Sequence record: ON529852.1
Length of the DNA stretch: 64,000 nt
Direction: 5' to 3' (one strand)
The position numbers were made by a program, and so were the translations under genes. Positions 9,051 to 18,212 of the stretch are shown piece by piece; within the stretch, counting starts at the first letter, position 1; every line of letters begins with the position of its first letter. The notes under the pieces are model-generated. The model was not told the origin of the DNA, did no database searches, and saw only the letters and a program-made list of their open reading frames with translations.

Positions 9051-9078
9051 AACTCCCTGCGGTCGCTACTGCGTGAAC

Positions 9079-9350
9079 CTGAATCGGTCGTGTCGGTCGA
9101 AACGGTCAAGGGTTGGTAGGGCTGAATCGGTTGTGTCGGTCAAGACGGTCAAGGGTTGGTAGGGCTGGATCGGTCAAGGGTTGGCAGGGCTGGATCGGTC
9201 AGGGGTTGGCACGGCTGGATCGGGCATAAGCGATCAAGGACGGGCATGGCTGGATCGGTCAAGGCCTGGCACTCGAACGTGTTCGAGCCGGCTGGATCGG
9301 ACATCCTCGTTCAAGGCCTGGCACTCGAACGTGGTCGAGCCGGTTGGATC
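9079..9350 (+). repeat. Degenerate tandem array of CTG(G/A)ATCGG...TCAAGG units
   Basis: About 8 units of roughly 25-52 bp with pairwise duplications. Confidence 0.85.
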
Positions 9351-9445
9351 GTAGCCTCGCCCAGCAGCGTTTCAGCACCACCGTCTGGTCGGCTCCACAG
9401 CACTCGGACCTCCACGACGGGACGGCCGAACCGAGTCCAGGGCGA

Positions 9446-9501
9446 CCGGAGGTTGGCTGGCGAAGCCAGTCACGACGGAACGCCGCAGGCGTTCAGGAGT
9501 G
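9446..9501 (-). repeat. Dispersed double-hairpin element, inverted copy
   Basis: Minus strand reads CACTCCT-GAACGCC(TGC)GGCGTTC-CGTCGTGA-CTGGC(TTC)GCCAG-CCAACCTCCGG. Confidence 0.8.
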
Positions 9502-9825
9502 GAAGCGAGCGATGACATTAGGATTTGTCACCGTGCCCTTACAATCTGTCTCTGTCATTTTTCACGGCGGTGGTTGACAGCACCACCGGCAGTCCGTAGA
9601 CAACCTGGGCCGGGAGCGTTCTGCTCAGTCCGTGACCGGCTCTGGAAGAGAAGAGCGGCCGGCGCCTCCCGTACAGAGGATGCTGGTCGCTCCGATCTCA
9701 CCCCTGGCAGGCTCGGACTTTCCTGAACTTTCCTGAAAACTATCCCAACATTCCGAAGGGTCCCGCAGGACCACCGCCGTGTTGCATGTGGGACCACCGT
9801 CCGCATCGCTGCGCCAGGGCGGCTT

Positions 9826-9876
9826 CACTCGTGGGCTTCGCCCCCTCGTGACCGGCTCCGCCGGCCGCACCTCCGG
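9826..9876 (+). repeat. Dispersed double-hairpin element
   Basis: CACTCGT-GGGC(TTC)GCCC-CCTCGTGA-CCGGC(TCC)GCCGG-CCGCACCTCCGG. Confidence 0.85.
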
Positions 9877-9977
9877 TCTCCTGGTTCCGACAAGGCCTGG
9901 CACGGCTGAAGCGCAGCATCGGCTGCAACGTCAACACGGTGGTCCGTCAAGGCCCGGCACGGCCGTGTATTGCTTAG

Positions 9978-10057
9978 ACTTCCCTGAAATCTATCCCAAC
10001 AAATCGCAACACCCGAGCCGGTCAAACCGATTTTCAACCGACTCGGGCTCACGCCGG
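9978..10057 (+). repeat. Direct repeat block A (partner at 10980-11059)
   Basis: ACTTCCCT..TATCCCAA plus a 30-bp identical segment CGATTTTCAACCGACTCGGGCTCACGCCGG. Confidence 0.85.
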
Positions 10058-10059
10058 AC

Positions 10060-10896
10060 CTATCCTGCCTTGGCGCGGGCGATCAGCCGCGAGATGTCCG
10101 CCGGCCCCTGCCCCAGGTGCTCGCCCAGGGCGTCCCGGAAGGCTTCGCGCCAGGAGCGGTTTCGGCGGTATCCGGGGATCGCGTAGAAGGTGCGGATCGC
10201 CGTCATGATCGTATGCTCGTCGGCGTCCTCGGGCAGCCCGTAGACGATCTCGCTGATGATGGCGGGGCTCGGCGCGATGATGATCTCGGGATCGGCGCCC
10301 GGCGCGACGTAGCGGTGGTGGATGGTGGTGAACTCGCGGTGGTTCGGATGGATCGCGATACGATCGGTCGCCTGCCCGGCCTCGGTGCGTCGCCGGATCA
10401 CCTCGGCCAGCATCAGCCCGACCTCGTCCTGGGTGAAGCGGGATTCGCTGCCGCTGGCGCCGTGGTGGTGATGCGGCGTCAGGGGTTTGAAGTGGACGAC
10501 CTCGTCGTCCTCGTCGAGCCAGTCCACGCCGAGCAGGTCCGCGCCGGTCGAGCCGGCCCCGCGCACGGTGGTGTGCTGATAGACCGGCCGCAGCCGCAGT
10601 TCCGCCCGGACGCTGACGACGTCTGACAGGTCGAAGCGCCGGAACATCGGGTACTTGCCGCCGGCGTGGTCCTGCTTCTCCATGCGGTCGGCGGTGCGCA
10701 CGATGGCCTCGCCGATATAGCGGGCCATCTGGGCGGTGCCCAACGGCAGGCTGATCCGGGCGCCGTGGTCGATCTCCAGCGTATGGAGGGTGGCGTCGGG
10801 ATCGTAGCCGGGGCGCTTTTCGAGGATGCGCACGGTCATGCTGGCGCCGTGCGTGCCGGAGAAGTGCATCTCCTCCAGGGTCGTGGTCTTCTTCAT
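10060..10896 (-). CDS. Hypothetical protein
   Basis: Promoter TTGACA-17-CATGGT upstream; SD-like GAGA; flanked by direct repeats. Confidence 0.7.
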   Translation of the reverse strand: MKKTTTLEEMHFSGTHGASMTVRILEKRPGYDPDATLHTLEIDHGARISLPLGTAQMARYIGEAIVRTADRMEKQDHAGGKYPMFRRFDLSDVVSVRAELRLRPVYQHTTVRGAGSTGADLLGVDWLDEDDEVVHFKPLTPHHHHGASGSESRFTQDEVGLMLAEVIRRRTEAGQATDRIAIHPNHREFTTIHHRYVAPGADPEIIIAPSPAIISEIVYGLPEDADEHTIMTAIRTFYAIPGYRRNRSWREAFRDALGEHLGQGPADISRLIARAKAG

Positions 10897-10979
10897 GGTG
10901 GTCTCTCATCACAGGCTCTAGGCCCGAGCCGACCATGATGGGCGCCGCCGTTGCTGTCAATCCGCGACAGGTTTCCTGA

Positions 10980-11059
10980 ACTTCCCTAAGCCGTATCCCA
11001 AACCGCAGGAATGGCCGGCGCATCCAAATCGATTTTCAACCGACTCGGGCTCACGCCGG
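10980..11059 (+). repeat. Direct repeat block B
   Basis: Both sub-motifs offset exactly 1002 bp from block A. Confidence 0.85.
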
Positions 11060-11071
11060 CCTTGTCTCGGG

Positions 11072-11374
11072 TTAAGCCTCGGGCGCTGCCGAGCCTTCGG
11101 GGATCGTCGAGCCGCCGTTCAGGACCGCGTCGAACTGGTCGATCAGGTCCCAGATCGGCTTCATCTCGCCGTCGATCTCGACCTCGTCCAGGTTCCAGTC
11201 CGAGGCGATGCGGGCAAGCTGCCGGGCGACGCGGACCGCTTCGAGCGCGTCGAGCAGACGCTGGTAGTCGTGATCGTCCAGGATCAGGTCCTGGTCGTCG
11301 GGGCGGACGCCGATCAGGCGGGTGCGGATGAAGCCGGCGAGGATGTCGGCCTGGGTCGGGGGTGCTGAGGTCAT
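11072..11374 (-). CDS. Hypothetical protein, probably leaderless
   Basis: TTGACC-17-CATAGA then 6 nt to ATG; real start MTSAPP rather than the ORF-track extension. Confidence 0.65.
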   Translation of the reverse strand: MTSAPPTQADILAGFIRTRLIGVRPDDQDLILDDHDYQRLLDALEAVRVARQLARIASDWNLDEVEIDGEMKPIWDLIDQFDAVLNGGSTIPEGSAAPEA

Positions 11375-11645
11375 TGACACTCTATGTTGGGTATCTTGAC
11401 CGGGGTCAAGGGGATCGCCGCCCGCCCCGATGCATCGGGGCGGGCGCGCAACCTGGTCAACCAGCAAACCCAGGCGGGCGCACCACAGGGGCGCCTCGAT
11501 CTCGCGCTCACCGAAGAGCGCCACGGCCGCCGCAGCTAGGAACGGGACTGCGCGGACGGACCTGGACATTGCCGTCGATCCTGACAAAGGTCAAGCGAAA
11601 TGTCCGTATGTCCACAGGCGCGTGGGCGCGGTGGTCCGGGCAAGC

Positions 11646-11781
11646 AAAAACCCGCCGGCGAGGGACCGGCGGGTTCTCAGGAGCGCTTCTGTTCAGGGAA
11701 GCCGTGCTCGTGAAGAGCACCACGATCGCCTATGCCGGGTATGGGTGTCTGAAACAGGAGTCGCTGCCCGGCGCGACCGGA
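11646..11781 (-). ncRNA. Candidate sRNA F (~135 nt)
   Basis: TTGACA-16-CATTGT promoter (11787-11814), three hairpins, terminator with U-tract, no ATG-initiated ORF. Confidence 0.6.
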
Positions 11782-11828
11782 CCTCGACAATGCCATACTG
11801 GCAGTGTGTGTCAATGGGGACGACATAG

Positions 11829-11941
11829 AAAAAGACCCGCCGGCGAACCGACGGGTCTGGATCGATCAAGATGCTGGGACCTGTTAAAGGTCCACTTGCT
11901 CGGAAGCCGAAGCCCCGGACGACACAGGATACGCGTGCCTT
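11829..11941 (-). ncRNA. Candidate sRNA G (~115 nt)
   Basis: TTGACA-17-CATAGA promoter (11948-11976), hairpins, UUCG terminator with G-U pair and U-tract. Confidence 0.6.
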
Positions 11942-12017
11942 GATCCCTCTATGGGCGAACCCGGAAGGTGTGTCAAGAATCCAGGCGCCGAGATTCCTCC
12001 CGAGGGCGGGCGCCGCG

Positions 12018-12311
12018 TCAGTCGCGGGCCGCCATGGTCTCGTTCCACAGGTAGCCCGCCGGGCGCGGGACCCCGAGGGAGTCCACGAACGGGCGGAACG
12101 GGTAGCCGTTGTTCAGGACGTGCGCGGTCCAGTCGCTCATGCGCGGGATGCGGGCGCGGTTCCGGTGCAGCCAGCACAGGGCGTTGTGCTCCCAGATGTA
12201 GGGGGCTCGGACCCCGTCCCATGTCCCCGACCGGGGATAGAGCGAGGAGGCGAGCATGTCGGCCATGACATAGCCGGCGATGGCGAACTCGTGGTCGTCC
12301 GACGCGGACAT
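12018..12311 (-). CDS. Hypothetical protein
   Basis: ATG overlaps upstream TGA. Confidence 0.55.
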   Translation of the reverse strand: MSASDDHEFAIAGYVMADMLASSLYPRSGTWDGVRAPYIWEHNALCWLHRNRARIPRMSDWTAHVLNNGYPFRPFVDSLGVPRPAGYLWNETMAARD

Positions 12312-13024
12312 CAGGCCTCGCGCCGCTCGGGCACGCCGAACACCGCGTCCGGGTATTGGTCGTGGTTGTAGTTCTCGGCCGCGTCGAAGCCCTGCTCCTT
12401 GGCGATCGCCAGGGCCTCGTCGGCGCTGCTGGCGCGGATCGTCCACTGGTCGCGGCTGGTCCAGGTCACGTCGATGTCGTAGAGGCCTTCGCCTTCCGGC
12501 TCAGGTTCCGGCGTCGGGTCGGGCACGGTGATCGTTACGGCGGTGGTCTCGGCCGCCTGGCCCTGGACCGTTTCCCGAATGGTGACGACGCCTTCGTCGG
12601 TCGCCGAGAGGACTTCGACACGGTGACCCTGGAGCGCGCTCAGGCGCCCTTCTTCTCGGGCCGCCGCGATGACCCGGTTGAGATAGTAGCGCGACACCCC
12701 GTCCATGAAGACCTTGAACTCGGGTTCGAGCAGGACGCGGCGGATGAAGGCTTCATCGGTCACATAGGCGCCGATGTTCGATCGCAGGAAGCGGTGGCGG
12801 AAGTCCGGCAGCGTCTCGGGCGCGATCGCGATCAGATCATGCGCGACCAACTCGGACCCCTCGCCCCGCAGGGCGAACTCGACCTGGGCGTTGCGGGGTA
12901 GGTCGGTCAGACCGGCTTCGGCGTCCGGAGTGACGCGCACCGTCCTCACCGTGGGTTCGCGCTGCGCGATGAACCAGCGGCCGTTGAACTGGAAGAGGCC
13001 TCCGCGATTAGGGCGCTCGGTCAT
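12311..13024 (-). CDS. Protein with N-terminal cold-shock-like OB domain
   Basis: GGLFQFNGRWFIAQ..LPRNAQVEFAL..VAHDL; paralogous to 13041-13247. Confidence 0.6.
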   Translation of the reverse strand: MTERPNRGGLFQFNGRWFIAQREPTVRTVRVTPDAEAGLTDLPRNAQVEFALRGEGSELVAHDLIAIAPETLPDFRHRFLRSNIGAYVTDEAFIRRVLLEPEFKVFMDGVSRYYLNRVIAAAREEGRLSALQGHRVEVLSATDEGVVTIRETVQGQAAETTAVTITVPDPTPEPEPEGEGLYDIDVTWTSRDQWTIRASSADEALAIAKEQGFDAAENYNHDQYPDAVFGVPERREA

Positions 13025-13040
13025 ATGAAGAAACCTTCCA

Positions 13041-13247
13041 TCAGGGGTAGACCTGCTTGACGTCGGCTGCACGGTCGCCGCCGGGGCACACAGGCGCCAG
13101 TCGATAGGTGACAAAGTCGCCGGGCGCGAAGACCTTGTCGTCCACACCGCCCTCAATGGGAAGCCAATCCTCATAGCCCGAGCCCTGGGTGATCAGGAAG
13201 GCGTTCGGACCTGCGCGGTGCAGGATTCCTTGAAGACGTTCGGTCAT
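13041..13247 (-). CDS. Single cold-shock-like OB-fold protein
   Basis: QGIL..FLIT..DWLPI..FAPGDFVTYRL..GDRAADV aligns by eye with the CSD pattern. Confidence 0.6.
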   Translation of the reverse strand: MTERLQGILHRAGPNAFLITQGSGYEDWLPIEGGVDDKVFAPGDFVTYRLAPVCPGGDRAADVKQVYP

Positions 13248-14323
13248 GCTGCGGCCTCGATCTCAACCGCGAAGAGGTGGCCGTCGGCTGCGCGCTCCAG
13301 GCGATAGGTGACCGCTCCCATGGTGTCCGGGAAGCTGACGTCGCCCGCCACGGCGATCCAGTTCTGGTAGTTGGACTCCTGGGTCATCACGAAGACCTGT
13401 CCGGCGGAGCGGATCAGGATGCCGCGCTTGCTCTCCGGGCTCGACGTCTCGGCCTGGTCACGCGGCCGCACGGTGACGACCCGCTCACACCCATAGATGA
13501 AGCGCGTGCGGAACTGCACCCGCGTGCCGTTCGGGAATTCGGTCGTGGCCGATTGGATCGGGATCAGCCGTGCCTTGCCTTCGATCGTAGCGACGAACCG
13601 CCGGTCACCCACATGCATGAAGAAGCCGTTCTCCATCTCTGGCGCAGCGCCGTCGGCCTGGCCGCAGGCGTCATAGGTGCTGTTCGGCAGGGGCTTTCTC
13701 GGCGCGCAGGGCCGGATGGCGGTCGCGTAGCGCTGTCCGGATTTCCCCTCGATCACCGCGTAGGAGACACGTTCGTGCCGACGCAAGCCGAGTTCCTGGC
13801 CTGCGTTCAGCCGGATCGCGTCGCTGCCGTCCTCGGGATAGATCACGACCCATGAATGCAGCATGCCCGGCGTGTCCGTGGGTTCCTTCTGCACCCCAAC
13901 GATGCCGGTGAACCGGGCGGGCTCCAGCACCGTCTCGGGCGTCACGCCAGAAATGAAGAACTCGCCGCGTTCCTGCACCTCGAACAGGTAATCGAGGCGC
14001 TTGCGCTCCTCGGGCGTTCCGTAGGATCGGCCCTGACTGCACCAGGCGATCATGCCGGCCCATTCGATGAAGTTGACCACGGCCTGGGTGCGGGGCGTGC
14101 CGTTGTTCATCCGGGCGCCCAGCGCGAGCCCCATCAGTTCCCGCACCGCCAGTTGGCAGAACGCGCCCTCCGAGAGGCACCCCTTCAAGCCCAACTCCAG
14201 CGCGCGCACGATGCCGTCGCGCACCGACAGCGAAGCGCGCGACCGGAAGTAGTCGGCCTTCATCATGTCGTCGTGCAGATACTGGATCAGGGCGGCGTGC
14301 TGCTCGCGCGTCTTCTGGGTCAT
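13244..14323 (-). CDS. Protein with three tandem cold-shock-like OB domains
   Basis: Three repeats ending ERVSYAV..YATAI, TRVQFRT..VVTV and AVTYRL..FAVEI. Confidence 0.6.
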   Translation of the reverse strand: MTQKTREQHAALIQYLHDDMMKADYFRSRASLSVRDGIVRALELGLKGCLSEGAFCQLAVRELMGLALGARMNNGTPRTQAVVNFIEWAGMIAWCSQGRSYGTPEERKRLDYLFEVQERGEFFISGVTPETVLEPARFTGIVGVQKEPTDTPGMLHSWVVIYPEDGSDAIRLNAGQELGLRRHERVSYAVIEGKSGQRYATAIRPCAPRKPLPNSTYDACGQADGAAPEMENGFFMHVGDRRFVATIEGKARLIPIQSATTEFPNGTRVQFRTRFIYGCERVVTVRPRDQAETSSPESKRGILIRSAGQVFVMTQESNYQNWIAVAGDVSFPDTMGAVTYRLERAADGHLFAVEIEAAA

Positions 14324-14421
14324 CGGGGCTCCTCTTGTCTGTCAACGAACGCCGTAGCAGGCGCCGTCAGGATATGCAACAGCGATTGACAGGAACGGCG
14401 GCACACGCTTATGGTCACGCC

Positions 14422-15159
14422 ATGATCCTGACCGACCTCGCCCAGCATAACCAGAAGCGGCTGAAGAAGCACGACGTCATGTCGATCGCCCGCTCGGTGA
14501 AGAAGCATCTCTCGCGCCTGACGTCCGTGGGCTACACCGCCGGCGCCGTCTCGGAAGGCGAGCGCGGCATCGTCAAGGTCACCACGCCGCAGGGCCGCCG
14601 CTTCGAAATCGCCGTGCGCGAGATTTCCTGCGACGAGGAGATCATGCAGGCTCAGGCCTATTGCGCCGCGCTCGACGATCTCGACCCCAAGAACCTGCCC
14701 CCGGTCTCCGGCCCTGACCCCCTGGGCGACATCCAGACGCTTGCCGCCGAAGCGCGCGGCTGCCCGATCAAGACCTGGGTCTCTGACCCCAAGCCTGCGG
14801 TGATCACGGGCAAGGCGTCTCGCGTTCTGGAGCGCCGGAGCAGCCTGGCTGGACTCAACATCGACGGCGAGTACGTCTATCGCAACTACGCGGTCAACTA
14901 TGACGGCCGGACCTGGGACGACCTGTCGCCGAGCGAGCGCCTGTCGTGGGATGATCAGGCGGCGCTGCTCGTCGGCCGCCTCGCCCGAAAGAAGGCCCCG
15001 GAGCCCGTCGCGGCGGTCAAGACGCCCGAGCCGGTCACCGGCCGCGACCTCTACATGACGATGATCGACAACTCCGGCGTCCACTGCAACCGCTTCCCCG
15101 CCTGGAGCGAACTGGACGAGGCTGCCCAGGCGGACTGGAATCGAAAGGCTCAGAACTGA
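14422..15159 (+). CDS. Hypothetical protein, probably leaderless
   Basis: TTGACA (14386) and TATGGT (14410), then 6 nt to ATG. Confidence 0.65.
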   Translation: MILTDLAQHNQKRLKKHDVMSIARSVKKHLSRLTSVGYTAGAVSEGERGIVKVTTPQGRRFEIAVREISCDEEIMQAQAYCAALDDLDPKNLPPVSGPDPLGDIQTLAAEARGCPIKTWVSDPKPAVITGKASRVLERRSSLAGLNIDGEYVYRNYAVNYDGRTWDDLSPSERLSWDDQAALLVGRLARKKAPEPVAAVKTPEPVTGRDLYMTMIDNSGVHCNRFPAWSELDEAAQADWNRKAQN

Positions 15160-15959
15160 TGCACTGGGTCCTCCAAGAGAACATGTTCGGCGAACTCGCC
15201 TACGCCGAGTTCTGCCGCACGCTGGGCCGGCTCGGCCTGCCCTATTCGGTCCACCGGGTCGTCCCCTTCATCGGGACCTTCCTGGACGAACCACAGATCG
15301 AAACGAACAACGCCATCTGCATGGGCTCCTACTCGATGCGCTACAAGGCCGCCGAGATGGGGTGGAACCCTGGCGTGTTCGATCTGGAGCCGTTCGACTT
15401 CCCCGTCCAGCACGCCCACTGGGGCGCCAACATGCTGAACGCGGCGTCTCGCGTCCTGCCGCTGCGCGAGGTCGACCTGGGCGAGGCGCGCGCCTTCATC
15501 CGCCCGAGCCGCGACACCAAGGCCTTCCCGGCGAAGGTCTATGACCCGTTCGAGTTCCGCGACTGGCAGACCAGGGTCGAGAAGCTGGGCGACATGCCTC
15601 AGGAACTGCTGGACCGGCACACCCTGGTCCAGGTCAGTCCCGTGCGGGAAATCTATGAGGAATACCGCTTCTGGGTGATCCGGGGTGAGATCGTCTGCGC
15701 CTCGCTCTACAAGCGCGGCGACCGGGCGCTCCATGACGCCGACGTGCCGCTGGCCTACCACGAGTACGTCCGGGCGATGATCGACATCTGGCAGCCGCAC
15801 GAGGCCTTCGTGATCGACGTGGCGAACGTGCCCGACGACGGCGACGGCTGGCGCGGGATCAAGATCATCGAGATCAACTCGATCAACTCGGCGGGCTTCT
15901 ATGCGGCGAACCTGCCGAAGCTGGCGATGGCGTTCGAAGACGCCTTCAACGAGGCCTGA
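15159..15959 (+). CDS. ATP-grasp domain protein (R2K/DUF4343-like)
   Basis: FIRP..K.F, EYRFWV..GEIV..SLY, FVIDVA and IIEINSINSAGFY motifs. Confidence 0.8.
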   Translation: MHWVLQENMFGELAYAEFCRTLGRLGLPYSVHRVVPFIGTFLDEPQIETNNAICMGSYSMRYKAAEMGWNPGVFDLEPFDFPVQHAHWGANMLNAASRVLPLREVDLGEARAFIRPSRDTKAFPAKVYDPFEFRDWQTRVEKLGDMPQELLDRHTLVQVSPVREIYEEYRFWVIRGEIVCASLYKRGDRALHDADVPLAYHEYVRAMIDIWQPHEAFVIDVANVPDDGDGWRGIKIIEINSINSAGFYAANLPKLAMAFEDAFNEA

Positions 15960-16106
15960 CATGGTCCCTTCCCTGCCCCCTCACCTGCCCGCGCCGAAGC
16001 CATACTGCGCCTATGTGATCAACCATGACGGAGTCTGGTGGATTCACTCGGGGTATGGGACGGCGCGCCCCTTGACGGCGTCCGAGGTCGCGGCTGGCGG
16101 CCTGAC

Positions 16107-16460
16107 ATGCTGAAGCTGTTCCGGCGGCGCGCCCGAACGACCGCAGCGCCCGCCTTTCAACCACCGATGCCGGTCGAGATCGTAGAGACCTATGACGGTT
16201 ACCTGATCCGCAAGGTGGGGACCGACCTCTACGCCTGGTTCGCGAACTCTGATGTCCCTCATTGGCATCCCCGAGATTGGAACAATTTCGGAGTGGTGGG
16301 CGGCTACGCCTACTCGCTCTACCGCACCAAAGACCTCGACCTCGCCCGCTCCGCCCACGCCCAGGTCGAGACCTACATGGGGCGGGAGGCGGAGCGGGCG
16401 CACCGCACGGCCGTGGAGGCCTTCGAGCGCGCCAACTATGCCGAGCGGGTGATTGCGTGA
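16107..16460 (+). CDS. Hypothetical protein
   Basis: Operon packing. Confidence 0.55.
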   Translation: MLKLFRRRARTTAAPAFQPPMPVEIVETYDGYLIRKVGTDLYAWFANSDVPHWHPRDWNNFGVVGGYAYSLYRTKDLDLARSAHAQVETYMGREAERAHRTAVEAFERANYAERVIA

Positions 16461-16620
16461 CGTTCGGCGCCAGACCGCCCATCCCTGGTGATGTGATTCG
16501 CCACATCCGCAGCACCGAGACCACCGGCAAAACCCTATGCGGGCGCGCCATCAGCCGGGTCTACACTGAGCGGTCCGGCTCCCCCGCCACCTGCGCCAAG
16601 TGCATCGGCCTCAGAGACGC

Positions 16621-16872
16621 ATGACCACCGAAACCTACATCTGCCTCAACTGCCGGCAGGACTTCACGGCCCGCATCGCCGACCGTCTGCGCGGCTGGGC
16701 GCGGTTCTGCTGCAAGTCCTGCAAGGCCAAGCAACAGAAGCCCGGCATTCGGGGCCGCCGCGTCACCCACGTCGTCGTCGACGAATACGCCCTGGGCGGC
16801 TCGGTCGCCAACGGCGCCTATCACGTCTTCGATGACACCCACCCTTTCTCGGGCGACGCCCTGGAGCCGTAG
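16621..16872 (+). CDS. Zn-finger protein
   Basis: CLNC..ARFCCKSC. Confidence 0.6.
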   Translation: MTTETYICLNCRQDFTARIADRLRGWARFCCKSCKAKQQKPGIRGRRVTHVVVDEYALGGSVANGAYHVFDDTHPFSGDALEP

Positions 16873-16874
16873 CG

Positions 16875-17258
16875 ATGCAGATCAAGATGAACGGCCGCTT
16901 TGTCTCCTCCGACGGCAAGCCGCTGGAGATCGACGGCTTCACCCTCTCCAATCCGCTGGACCCGTCGCCCCTGGGCGAAATCCCCGAGACCCTGACCTTC
17001 ACCGGCGAACTGGTCATGACGGAGAAGCAGCGGGAACGCTTCGAGGCCTGGGCCGAGGAGATGCGATCGAAGGAACTGGCGCGGCTCAAGGCTTGCGCCG
17101 AGGCCGCCTGGCCGATGCCGCTGGTCTATGACACGCGGATGTTGGGGATGGCGTGGTCGCCTCGATACGACGCCGACCTCAACCTGCTCGGCTGGAGCAG
17201 CAATACCACCGACGAATACCGCACCGGCCCCGACTATCCTGGAGACGAACGCCCGTGA
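16875..17258 (+). CDS. Hypothetical protein
   Basis: SD GGAG; operon packing. Confidence 0.6.
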   Translation: MQIKMNGRFVSSDGKPLEIDGFTLSNPLDPSPLGEIPETLTFTGELVMTEKQRERFEAWAEEMRSKELARLKACAEAAWPMPLVYDTRMLGMAWSPRYDADLNLLGWSSNTTDEYRTGPDYPGDERP

Positions 17259-17551
17259 CCCGACGCAAGCGCTTCGACGCTCTGAAGCACGGCGATCTCT
17301 TCTGGCTGGACCTGGACAAAAGCGTCGTCGCGCAGGCGTATGGTGTAACCGCGTTGACCGCGCCTGACTGGGTTCAGGTTCACTACGTCCTGCCGGGCGA
17401 CCCGGTCCCCTATCGGCGCACGGTCCTGGCGGCGCATCAGGTCTTCATCCTGACGAAACCTCCCAAGGGCGAAATCAAGGAACTGAAGGCGTTGAACGGA
17501 TTGCACGGGACCGCTCTGCCCGACGACACCGCCCTGGTGTTCGGGCAGTAA
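17255..17551 (+). CDS. Hypothetical protein
   Basis: GTG overlapping upstream stop. Confidence 0.55.
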   Translation: MTRRKRFDALKHGDLFWLDLDKSVVAQAYGVTALTAPDWVQVHYVLPGDPVPYRRTVLAAHQVFILTKPPKGEIKELKALNGLHGTALPDDTALVFGQ

Positions 17552-17572
17552 GGACCACCGCCAGGGCGACTT

Positions 17573-17623
17573 CACTCCTGCGCTTCGCGCCGTCGTGCCC
17601 GGCTCCGCCGGCCGCACCTCCGG
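17573..17623 (+). repeat. Dispersed double-hairpin element, followed by three CCCGGCAC units (17691-17800)
   Basis: CACTCCT-GCGC(TTC)GCGC-CGTCGTGC-CCGGC(TCC)GCCGG; preceded by AGGACCACCGCC. Confidence 0.85.
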
Positions 17624-18023
17624 TCGTCACGTAGGAGAGTAGGGCAAGCAGGAGGGTCGGCGAGTAGGTCGAGCAGGCATCGCGATCAGGCCCGGCACGC
17701 CCTATTCGGCGTCCTCGGTCCCAGGACACAGGACACCAGGCCCGGCACACCCTATTCGGCCGCCTCGACCGGATCACTCTCCCCGTTCAAGCCCGGCACG
17801 ACCGTAACGATCTCTCGGCCGGACCGCCTGCACGTCTCCAGCAGCGTCTCCTCCAGTCGACCGGCCCGGTTCCTGAACCGCCACACGATGTCGACCTGGC
17901 AGATGAAGGGCTGGTTGTTCAGGATGCGGTCGGCGCGCGCGCGAGCCGAGTCCATGTCGAACGCCTCCGACAGCGGCTCCAGCCGCTTGACGAAATGCTG
18001 TTCGTGATGACGGCGGGTCCCGA

Positions 18024-18212
18024 TCATCGACCCATCGCCCAGACAGCGAGCAGGAAGGTGGCGGTGGCGAGGTTGATCGGATTGAAGTCGAACGGACCGA
18101 CTCCGAAGCCCATCAGGTAGCCGCCGATAACCAGCACGGCGACACCGACGTCGACGCCGTAGCGGATGATGCGATCGACATCCATCTTCATGTTGTTCTC
18201 CCTGGTGATCAT
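18024..18212 (-). CDS. Small two-TM membrane protein
   Basis: Hydrophobic segments. Confidence 0.55.
   Translation of the reverse strand: MITRENNMKMDVDRIIRYGVDVGVAVLVIGGYLMGFGVGPFDFNPINLATATFLLAVWAMGR

Noticed and set aside
9079-9350. CRISPR-like array or coding repeat
   Set aside because: No constant repeat/spacer lengths and no consistent reading frame
11646-11941. Riboswitch leaders
   Set aside because: Each terminator is followed by a new promoter, so no gene depends on readthrough
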